DNA of 59,827 nt from positions 1-59,827 of the IMG/VR virus record IMGVR_UViG_3300027833_000054; one strand, written 5' to 3'. Made by a program: the position numbers and the translations under genes. Source of the stretch: a virus (lineage: Duplodnaviria > Caudoviricetes). Positions 44,678-52,376 of the stretch are shown one piece after another. Position 1 is the first letter of the stretch. The number at the start of each line of letters is the position of its first letter. Below the pieces are notes generated by a model. That model searched no databases. It saw only the letters and a list, made by a program, of their open reading frames with translations, and had not been told where the DNA came from.

Positions 44678-46779
44678 TTGAAATTACCTACAATTAAGTT
44701 TATTGTTTGCTTGAGACTCTTTCGTTCTTTATCCCAACTTCTGTCATGGAATGTAACTGTCAGAGTTTCTGCGTAGTTATCTTCTGCATGTTTTGCAAGC
44801 TTCATAACGCTTGTGTTAACTTTAGCTTTAGATGTTGGTACTTTGATATCTTTTGTGGATATCATGTATGATTCTGACATTGTTAATCTGCTTTCATCGA
44901 ACTCAACTTGAATTAGATTACAAGCATTTGATAGTTTCTTCAGTTTACATAGGTATCCTTTAGTTTCATGGTTAATGATGTCGTTAAATTGTTTACTGAA
45001 CAAAGGGGTACAGTTAAGTACCTTTTTGATTTCATCGTATTTAGCTTCAGCATCGTTAGCTTTCTTAAGTTTAGCACGTAGACCTTTGATTAGTTTATCT
45101 TCTAGGTTATGGACCGAGACCCACTTACCACTTTTATATGCAGCAGACTTAGCTACAGCCATTTGTGCATAAGATCTAAGGGCATATATTTCTAAACCTA
45201 ATACGCTTGTCAGAGATGCAAGGTATGATTTCTCAGACCTCAAAGTCCAGTTAGACATTGTTGTAAAATAGCCTTCATCTGGGAGTATTTTAAGACTCCG
45301 TTTGATTACTTCACCTCTTTGATCAATAAGGAATACTTGATCAGGCTTACTGAAGACTTTTGATGATGCACTTTTTACTACAACAGGCATAGTCATTATG
45401 GTTGACAATCTAATTGGATTGAATCCCATATTCTTTAGACGTATTTCTATTTTATTTGCAGCATCTTGAAACAACTTTGACTTACCTTCTGTTGGGAACA
45501 CAACACTAGAGTTCATGACAAGAGCATCTTTATGCATTTGTATTACTTTATTAGCTCTAGGTGACAGGTCATTTAGGTACACTTTACCGATATCATCATT
45601 ATTATTGTAAGATCTTGAGTTTATACCTCTCAGGATATTAGATACACTGCCACCATTGTATGTTGGTCGTAGTGTCTTATAATATGATCTATTTTCTTTT
45701 ACAGTAATACCTTTGATTTGACCGTCAGTTATGTCTATTAGTTGGACACCTGTTAGCATCTCATCCTTGTAAGAATACAGGCTTGTTTCAAAGTCTTTAA
45801 TTCCTATCCATTCAGTGATTCTGTTTTTAAGGACATGTACAAGCTCTACCTCATTGGCTGCTTGTTCAACTCTATATGCAAAGTCATGAATGTAGTCATC
45901 TTTGATTTCATTAAGCTTATCTGTTACAAACTTTATACTTTTAGGTGTGAACTCTAATGATTCCCTTGATGGAGGAATATCAACTTCACCTAGTTTTGCT
46001 ACAAGTGTTAGCTCTAGACGTTTAAGGGATTCCCTGACATCATCTGGGAAGTTTGAAGTGCTTGAAGTGTAAGGAATACCACCCATTACAATAGTAATGT
46101 CTGAGTAGTAGTGTCCAGACTTTATATCATATCCCATATGTAACTCTGGAATATCATCCCACTCAAAATCATCATAACCACTTACGTTAGGTTTTACATC
46201 GAAGTATGCTAATTGCTTTGCACATTCTCTCCTAAAGCTACCAACGCTGCCATTCTTGGTGATATCTACTGTGATTTCAAGACCATTACATTCGTCTGTA
46301 AGCTCTGATCCGATTAAGGATACTGTGGGCATACCTTCGTCTTTAAAGGCTGTGTAGACGTATACAGTGCCATTCCAGAAGTTACGAATTGTATACTGGT
46401 CAGTGATAGCAAATGGAGTCTTGGAACCTAAACCATAAGCTCCAATTGATAGGTCTTCATGGTCTTTGGTGGAGTGTCCAAGGTTTGTGTAGATATCATA
46501 GAACTCATCAGGATCGATACCAGTACCAAAGTCTCGTATCGTAAAGATATTAGAGACCCAAGATGGTAGCGTGATGTCAAATGGTAAGTTTGCTTTACCT
46601 GCGGCTACATGAGCATCACGTGCGTTGGCTGACAGTTCCCTGATGACTGCACCTTCTTTGTTTTGGTACAGTTTATCGGTTAAGATGGAGAACATCTTAG
46701 CATTCATTTGCATCTGAAATGATTGAGTGTGCTGTACACCCATGACTTGTGCTGCGTTACCGTAGTTTGATAATTGCAT
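44674..46779 (-). CDS. rIIA: rIIA-like protein (GHKL ATPase N-terminus)
   Basis: LY.NK..AVIRELSANA.DAH, IRDFGTG, STK, IGAYGLGSK.PF, PPSRE.L. Confidence 0.9.
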   Translation of the reverse strand: MQLSNYGNAAQVMGVQHTQSFQMQMNAKMFSILTDKLYQNKEGAVIRELSANARDAHVAAGKANLPFDITLPSWVSNIFTIRDFGTGIDPDEFYDIYTNLGHSTKDHEDLSIGAYGLGSKTPFAITDQYTIRNFWNGTVYVYTAFKDEGMPTVSLIGSELTDECNGLEITVDITKNGSVGSFRRECAKQLAYFDVKPNVSGYDDFEWDDIPELHMGYDIKSGHYYSDITIVMGGIPYTSSTSNFPDDVRESLKRLELTLVAKLGEVDIPPSRESLEFTPKSIKFVTDKLNEIKDDYIHDFAYRVEQAANEVELVHVLKNRITEWIGIKDFETSLYSYKDEMLTGVQLIDITDGQIKGITVKENRSYYKTLRPTYNGGSVSNILRGINSRSYNNNDDIGKVYLNDLSPRANKVIQMHKDALVMNSSVVFPTEGKSKLFQDAANKIEIRLKNMGFNPIRLSTIMTMPVVVKSASSKVFSKPDQVFLIDQRGEVIKRSLKILPDEGYFTTMSNWTLRSEKSYLASLTSVLGLEIYALRSYAQMAVAKSAAYKSGKWVSVHNLEDKLIKGLRAKLKKANDAEAKYDEIKKVLNCTPLFSKQFNDIINHETKGYLCKLKKLSNACNLIQVEFDESRLTMSESYMISTKDIKVPTSKAKVNTSVMKLAKHAEDNYAETLTVTFHDRSWDKERKSLKQTINLIVGNFK

Positions 46780-46803
46780 TGTGTTTACCTATTGGTTTAT
46801 ATG

Positions 46804-46824
46804 CTAAAGGTACTTAAAAGATTA
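46804..46824 (-). promoter_or_regulatory. phage RNAP promoter (T7-style)
   Basis: - strand TAATCTTTTAAGTACCTTTAG, upstream of rIIA. Confidence 0.8.
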
Positions 46825-46849
46825 TTCTCTTAAGCACCTGATTTGTTGG

Positions 46850-47134
46850 TTAAAGTAGCCCTTTACCTGACATACTGATCTTACTTCGATCTGCTGCAAG
46901 GTATTGTAGGTCACCTGATTTACCTATATCAAAGATCATAACTTGAGATCGCATGATAGAAGGTATGTACACCTTACATTTGATCTGGTTAGTTTTTATT
47001 GACATTACTTCATTGATTTTGAAGTTAAGAGTAAGCATTGGACCTACACTGGTTTTGTAGGTTGCTGTGAAGAAACGTCCACGGCTGCTTTGAAGTTGTT
47101 GTTTAAGTATATCTACTCTGCGCATAATGTGCAT
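46850..47134 (-). CDS. early hypothetical protein
   Basis: 94-aa basic ORF (SRGRFFTATYK). Confidence 0.55.
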   Translation of the reverse strand: MHIMRRVDILKQQLQSSRGRFFTATYKTSVGPMLTLNFKINEVMSIKTNQIKCKVYIPSIMRSQVMIFDIGKSGDLQYLAADRSKISMSGKGLL

Positions 47135-47214
47135 CCTGTTGGTTTTGTTGGTAAAAGGGTGATACTCTACCTATTGCTTACAGTACATCTGTATAGGCAG
47201 AGCATCTTAGTTGG

Positions 47215-47496
47215 TTATGAGAGATACCACGGTAGTATCATTGCTGATAGAAGGATTCCAAGAGCCATCCAGAGCCAAGGATTCTCATCCTTGATAGGTA
47301 TTTCATCGGAACCTATGATAGTATGATAGTTTAGTGGCATGTTTTCTGAGTTGCAGACAATGACTTCTGCTCCTTGGCCTCCAGCTTCTAATGTGAGGTG
47401 TTGCATAGCAGTTGGAATTGCTTCCAATCTGTTGTTTTCCTCTACATACACTGAGTGCTTGCAGCAGTTGTTTATGATAAGGTGAAGTATATACAT
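47215..47496 (-). CDS. early hypothetical protein with C-terminal TM helix
   Basis: PWLWMALGILLSAMILPWY. Confidence 0.5.
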   Translation of the reverse strand: MYILHLIINNCCKHSVYVEENNRLEAIPTAMQHLTLEAGGQGAEVIVCNSENMPLNYHTIIGSDEIPIKDENPWLWMALGILLSAMILPWYLS

Positions 47497-47498
47497 GA

Positions 47499-47747
47499 TT
47501 ATCTTGTCCCATGACTAATAGACCACTCTAATTCAAGCTGTCTACTTAGCTCTATAAGTTCTAGATTACCGTTTACACCCATTACGAACCATTTTGGCTC
47601 GAAATACAGATGATGCTGCTTTAGGTCCATACGTAGGTATGTGTTTTCACTACCTTCAAGTTTGACTGTGTTAGCAATCCACTCTTCGCTAGATGCAATA
47701 CGTTTGTCGTATGCTTCCATTGTGAGGTGTTCTGGTTTAGTAGTCAT
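47499..47747 (-). CDS. early hypothetical protein
   Basis: 82 aa; GAGG RBS. Confidence 0.55.
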   Translation of the reverse strand: MTTKPEHLTMEAYDKRIASSEEWIANTVKLEGSENTYLRMDLKQHHLYFEPKWFVMGVNGNLELIELSRQLELEWSISHGTR

Positions 47748-47774
47748 AGTTTTCCCTCTTGGTTAGATATTTTA

Positions 47775-47957
47775 TTACTTCATTTTAAACAAGATGATTT
47801 CAGTACCATCTTCTTTTACGATAGGTATGTACGGACTATTTGTTGGTTCTTTCGGCCCAACATATGTCCACTCCATTCCTTGACTTTGATTAATTTCTAC
47901 TTGTTTTAAGAAGTCTTGGTTATCTACTGCGAACATTAAGACTAAGAGTATAAACAT
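47775..47957 (-). CDS. early hypothetical protein with signal-like N-terminus
   Basis: MFILLVLMFAV...; GAGGTGGAG RBS. Confidence 0.55.
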   Translation of the reverse strand: MFILLVLMFAVDNQDFLKQVEINQSQGMEWTYVGPKEPTNSPYIPIVKEDGTEIILFKMK

Positions 47958-48085
47958 TACTCCACCTCTCTGAACAGTACATCACCAAAGACGTATTCCA
48001 TGAGATTATCCATTTGCGTATCTACAGTTTCTTCATCTGATTGGCGTTCTGCCATCTTATCATGATACTCTTCTTGATGTGACAT
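47957..48085 (-). CDS. 42-aa highly acidic early protein
   Basis: MSHQEEYHDKMAERQSDEETVDTQMDNLMEYVFGDVLFREVE*; GAGGA RBS; TAATG coupling. Not in the ORF track. Confidence 0.6.
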   Translation of the reverse strand: MSHQEEYHDKMAERQSDEETVDTQMDNLMEYVFGDVLFREVE

Positions 48086-48127
48086 GGTTAATTCCTCTTA
48101 GCTTTAGTGGTATATTGAACAGTGTGT

Positions 48128-48162
48128 AAAAAAAAGGCAGGAGACTCCGTTAGGAGCCTCCG
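48128..48162 (-). terminator. intrinsic terminator
   Basis: - strand GGAGGCTCC-TAAC-GGAGTCTCC then TGCC and T8. Confidence 0.7.
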
Positions 48163-48174
48163 TGTGGTGCTATG

Positions 48175-48597
48175 TTAGAATGGTACTGAAGCGAGAACAT
48201 CTTCTTCAGTGGTCTCTTCTGCTTCGTCAAAGACATCTAGGACGCTGAATGGTTTTACCATTTTCATAACTTTAACAGCAGCAAGGTTATAGAATACTCC
48301 TTTAGTGGTGTTAACCACTTTAAAAGCTAGCTCTACTTTACTTCCAGCACCAAGCTCAGTTGTGATAGCACGTTTAGAACGGTCTATCATAGGGATGTTG
48401 GGGATGCGATCCCCGTTTGGGTATGACGCGTTGGAGTTAATCCAACCACTGCCATCCTTATTCGCTTTGATGCCCACTTCCTGCAAGCTTGTACCACTTG
48501 CAAGGATTGAATACTGGTCTCCAAAATCACGGGTAACTGGCGTTATTAGACGCGTGTTAACGATGGTGATGTTACGAACTACTTTAAAATCTGACAT
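48175..48597 (-). CDS. second gp2.5-like SSB (early)
   Basis: Aligns by eye with 43426-43896 (RNITI..., ELGAGS.V, LAAVKV); acidic tail ending VPF; AAGGA RBS. Confidence 0.65.
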   Translation of the reverse strand: MSDFKVVRNITIVNTRLITPVTRDFGDQYSILASGTSLQEVGIKANKDGSGWINSNASYPNGDRIPNIPMIDRSKRAITTELGAGSKVELAFKVVNTTKGVFYNLAAVKVMKMVKPFSVLDVFDEAEETTEEDVLASVPF

Positions 48598-48682
48598 AAT
48601 TATGATCCTTTCCACTTGGTGGAATTAAATTGGTGTGAGAGGTTGGAGAGTCCAACAGCTTCACGTAGGTATTGTTTTATGT

Positions 48683-48709
48683 AATACCCAAAAGGAGCCG
48701 AAGGCTCTG
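48683..48709 (-). promoter_or_regulatory. N4-type hairpin promoter P1 (+ strand = template)
   Basis: AATACCCAAAAG-GAGCC-GAA-GGCTC-TG; identical 27-mer at 49095. Confidence 0.7.
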
Positions 48710-48720
48710 ACCTTAATTGA

Positions 48721-49090
48721 CCAGAGCATTCAGCAGTTCCTGCTATAGCAACCTCATGGCCTCTCATAGTGAGGTTTCTAGAGGTTGCTACATATTACCT
48801 TATGTATGTGTACTGATGGTACTACAATGCGTAACGTGCATTACTCGGCATAATACCATAACAATGGCACTTGGCTGAGATCGAACCCAAGGACTCTGCA
48901 TTCCTTTGGGCAGGAGGTACCAACCTCGATATCCTGCGGTAGTGGTGCGTAACGTGCACTAAGCGAGTCTATAGACCAACTTACACTTATCCAACGCCTT
49001 TTGGGGGCACGGGTATATCCAGAAGGATAAGTGTGGTAATCTTCCTCGTTTCAGAGTCTTACCAAGCTCTGTGAGGGGTATCTGAACTGG
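48721..49090 (-). ncRNA. candidate structured non-coding RNA (~370 nt)
   Basis: No ORF >=60 aa; two perfect 10-bp stems, several shorter stems, an end-to-end closing stem, and a duplicated hairpin with the same loop; lies between P2 and P1. Confidence 0.6.
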
Positions 49091-49094
49091 AACA

Positions 49095-49121
49095 AATACC
49101 CAAAAGGAGCCGAAGGCTCTG
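49095..49121 (-). promoter_or_regulatory. N4-type hairpin promoter P2 (+ strand = template)
   Basis: Identical to 48683-48709; followed by GGCC-GTAA-GGCC. Confidence 0.7.
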
Positions 49122-49144
49122 GCCGTAAGGCCTTAGATGAGTAT

Positions 49145-49171
49145 AAAAAGAAAAGGACCCGTAAGGGTCCT
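49145..49171 (-). terminator. intrinsic terminator
   Basis: - strand AGGACCC-TTAC-GGGTCCT-TTTCTTTTT. Confidence 0.8.
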
Positions 49172-49178
49172 GTGGTGG

Positions 49179-49367
49179 TCAACGCACTCGAGTCCAGTGC
49201 TTTAGTGCCACTGACCTTTCAGCCATGATTTTGTTCATGACTACCTGTGCTTTGAATGGAGCTACATTCCTTACCAAACGGTACACGTTACCGTTTTTTA
49301 TTTGAATGTATATCGAACCACGGTTTTTAAGTCCTGTGGAGATTTGGACTGGAATTGCACGACTCAT
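49179..49367 (-). CDS. first early gene, 62-aa basic protein
   Basis: GAGGA RBS; flanked by the P3-like hairpin and a terminator. Confidence 0.6.
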   Translation of the reverse strand: MSRAIPVQISTGLKNRGSIYIQIKNGNVYRLVRNVAPFKAQVVMNKIMAERSVALKHWTRVR

Positions 49368-49406
49368 GGGCTAATCCTCTTGGATGAGTTGGTGGTACTG
49401 AAATTA

Positions 49407-49431
49407 GTACCTTAGAGGAGCCAAAGGCTCC
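49407..49431 (-). promoter_or_regulatory. variant hairpin promoter P3
   Basis: TACCTTAGA-GGAGCC-AAA-GGCTCC: same stem as P1/P2 but an AAA loop. Confidence 0.4.
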
Positions 49432-49446
49432 AAGTCAATACTAAAC

Positions 49447-49777
49447 CAGACAGCTCTGGCTCACGAAGTGAGACATGTCTGAGTATACAGTTAGTTAATG
49501 TCTTTAGTGTAAACTAAGTCAGACAGCTTTGGCTCACGAAGTGAGACATGTCTGAGTATACAGTTAGTCAATGTCTTTAGTGTAAACCAAGTCAGACAGC
49601 TTTGGCTCACGAAGTGAGACATGTCTGAGTATACAGTTAGTCAATGTCTTTAGTATGAACTAAGTCAGACAGCTTTGGCTCACGCAGTGAGACATGTCTG
49701 ATTATACAGTTAGTTAATGTCTTTAGTGTAAACCAAGTCAGACAGCTCTGGCTCACGCAGTGAGACATGTCTGATTA
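49447..49777. repeat. tandem array of 73-bp hairpin-bearing units (4 full + 1 partial)
   Basis: CAGACAGCT(C/T)TGGCTCACG(A/C)AGTGAGACATGTCTG... starting at 49447, 49520, 49593, 49666, 49739. Confidence 0.95.
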
Positions 49778-49818
49778 CATAGTTATATTGAACAGCGTTG
49801 CGGCTACTTCCTAAGGAC

Positions 49819-49873
49819 TACATTAGTATTACATTAGTATTACATTAGTATTACATTAGTACTACATTAGTAT
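49819..49873. repeat. 5 x 11-bp AT-rich tandem repeat
   Basis: TACATTAGTA(T/C) x5. Confidence 0.95.
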
Positions 49874-50144
49874 TGCTGGTAGTGATGGATTACATTGTGT
49901 ATGTATGGGTATATATGTACTTCTTTGGGAGTTCTTTGGGCTATCCCCCGGTACCCCTCGGGACTACAAGAGAACAGCTGACCCTTCTGTAGTTCTAGGT
50001 GATTACTAAAGGATTCTTAGGGATTCTTGGGGAGTTCTGAGGGATATCAAGGGGGGTCCCTGAAGTATGAAGGGTACCTTGATATATAGGGACTTACCCG
50101 TGTATCCCCTAAGGAAACTTATAGGATCCTAATAAATCAATGTG

Positions 50145-50171
50145 TAATCTTTTAAGTACCTTATAGGAACA
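50145..50171 (+). promoter_or_regulatory. phage RNAP late promoter 1 (T7-style)
   Basis: TAATCTTTTAAGTACCTTATAGGAACA, identical copy at 50192; resembles the T7 TAAT...TATAGG architecture. Confidence 0.8.
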
Positions 50172-50191
50172 CTAAGGGTTTTCTCATAGGA

Positions 50192-50218
50192 TAATCTTTT
50201 AAGTACCTTATAGGAACA
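50192..50218 (+). promoter_or_regulatory. phage RNAP late promoter 2 (T7-style)
   Basis: Identical 27-mer to 50145-50171. Confidence 0.8.
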
Positions 50219-50568
50219 ATAGTGAAGTAGTTAGGGTAGTACATACTGGACACGGTAAGGTACTACCTTAAGAGATACGAGGGGGTCTCTGAGTAACTAC
50301 ATCACTGTACCTTTATCTCATATATATGGGATATAGTGGTCAGATACCCCCTCAAAGAGTAGTAAGGATGTCTTAAGGGTTCTTAAGGAGTCCCTAAGGT
50401 CAACTACTACTGCTATACCTTCTTATATACTAGTAGGTTACTTAGGGATACTATAGGTACTATAGGTTCCTTAGAAGTACTATGAGGTAACTACTCTTTT
50501 ATTTATTTTGTATTGCTTAAAAACCTCTATGCCGGGGGTTACCTAAACGTAGTCTTGGAGGACTCCCT

Positions 50569-52239
50569 TTGGAAACTGAAATAAACAATAAAAGTTCGTC
50601 TATGACGAATAGACAGAAGCTGGCTTTAGCAGTAGAAGCTAAGAAACGTAAGGATCTCTCAAGATACGAGGGGTCCTTTCAAGAGTTTGCCAAAGAACAG
50701 ATCCGTATATTACCAAAAGATGCATCTAAAGGATTTATACCCTTAGAATTCAATGCAGCACAGCAGATTGTAGATAATGCAATAGAGAAACAACTGAAAG
50801 AAACAGGCAAAGTACGAGCTATTATACTCAAAGCAAGGCAGATGGGGTTATCTACCTACTCTTGTGGACGTGTGTACTGGAAGTCGTACCTTACACCGTT
50901 TAATAAATCAGTAGTTATGGCTCATGACTCTGCAACATCTGATGCACTCTTTGCCATGTCCCGGAACATAATCCAGAATATGAAACCTGAGTTCACACCT
51001 ATACTCAAGAAGTCTAACTCAAAGGAGATAGGGTTTGAACATAATGACTCAGGTTACCGTCTGTACACAGCAGGTTCCCCCGAGGCTGGTCGTGGAACCA
51101 CACCAACTATTGCTCACCTATCTGAGGTTGCTTTTTGGACTCATGATGCAAAGATACTTGCTGGCTTATTCCAAGGTATCTCACAAGCTGATGGCACAGA
51201 GGTAATCTTAGAGTCAACTGCTAATGGCGTAGGCAACGAGTTCCACAGGCTATGGAAGGGTGCAGTTGCTGGTGAAAACGAGTACATACCTATCTTTGTG
51301 CCTTGGTTCCTTATGCCAGAGTACAGACGCTTTGTACTAGAACCTGAGATATTCTCAGAGACTATCACAGAAGCAGAGGAAGAACTACAAACCTTACACG
51401 GTTTGGATATTGAACAGTTATACTGGAGGCGTCTTAAGATAGCCGAAGGGGGTGTAGATAAGTTTAAACAAGAGTACCCGTCTACAGCTAATGAAGCATT
51501 TATAGTTTCAGGGTCTAATGTGTTTGACACTGGTAAGTTAATGAATACAAAAACTATACCATGTGTTAAGAAACAAAACTTTAGTATTGAATCATGTATG
51601 TTTGACGATCACAGAGAAGGTAATCTGGAGATCTTTAAGTACCCTAAGTTTGACAGTAACTTCATCATCGGAGCTGACTGTGCCTTAGGTGTTGGACAAG
51701 ACTACTCAGCAGCAGTAGTATTAAATGCAGACAGGGAAGTATGTGCTGTCTACCGTAATAACAAGATAGACCCCACTCAATATGGTGATCTATTATTCTA
51801 TTTAGGTAGATACTATAACAACTCTTTGCTTGCAGTGGAATCTAATTCCTTAGGTATAGCAACACTAAACCGATTAAAACAAATGGATTACGTGAACTTA
51901 TACCATCAAACTAAAGTAGCTAATGTATCTAATGAGGAAGGTACTCGTCTGGGTTGGAGGACTACCCAAGCTACTAAGCCAATGATCATAGGGCATCTTA
52001 AGAACGCAATAGAGAATGATGACATAGCTCTATCGTCCCCCATTATCATACAAGAGTGTATGAACTATGTGGCTGATGCCAGTGGCAAAACAAATGCTAT
52101 CTCAGGTTGTCATGATGACACAGTAATAGCAACAGCAATAGCCTTAGAGGTTCTTCGTACTCACGGAGAAAGGCTGTCAACAACAAGGGTTTCTTTTAAG
52201 AACCAATCATTTGTAGTTGACAACACTCAATGGCTTTAA
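50569..52239 (+). CDS. terL: terminase large subunit
   Basis: ILKARQMGLST (Walker A), HLSEVAFW (Walker B), ESTANG, IGADCA, VESN, HDDTVIA. Confidence 0.95.
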   Translation: METEINNKSSSMTNRQKLALAVEAKKRKDLSRYEGSFQEFAKEQIRILPKDASKGFIPLEFNAAQQIVDNAIEKQLKETGKVRAIILKARQMGLSTYSCGRVYWKSYLTPFNKSVVMAHDSATSDALFAMSRNIIQNMKPEFTPILKKSNSKEIGFEHNDSGYRLYTAGSPEAGRGTTPTIAHLSEVAFWTHDAKILAGLFQGISQADGTEVILESTANGVGNEFHRLWKGAVAGENEYIPIFVPWFLMPEYRRFVLEPEIFSETITEAEEELQTLHGLDIEQLYWRRLKIAEGGVDKFKQEYPSTANEAFIVSGSNVFDTGKLMNTKTIPCVKKQNFSIESCMFDDHREGNLEIFKYPKFDSNFIIGADCALGVGQDYSAAVVLNADREVCAVYRNNKIDPTQYGDLLFYLGRYYNNSLLAVESNSLGIATLNRLKQMDYVNLYHQTKVANVSNEEGTRLGWRTTQATKPMIIGHLKNAIENDDIALSSPIIIQECMNYVADASGKTNAISGCHDDTVIATAIALEVLRTHGERLSTTRVSFKNQSFVVDNTQWL

Positions 52240-52376
52240 GTATTTCCCATAGTCCTCCACTATGAAAGACGTTTGTTATGGTTTCTTCGCGTATCGGGAA
52301 AGGTAAGTAATGAAACCACCTAATTTTAAAGATTGATTTGTAGGGCGTATATGCCCACATATAAGAGGTGTCATAG

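Noticed and set aside
48870-48895. tRNA (GGTTCGATC T-loop-like motif followed by GCCA on the - strand)
   Set aside because: No canonical T-stem closure, acceptor stem or anticodon arm could be built.
48721-49090. Group I intron or hammerhead ribozyme
   Set aside because: It does not interrupt a gene, and I could not find the hammerhead CUGANGA core or convincing group I P7 elements by eye.
49447-49777. CRISPR array (palindromic ~35-bp repeat plus ~38-bp spacer)
   Set aside because: The would-be spacers are near-identical to each other and no cas genes are present; it is a tandem repeat.
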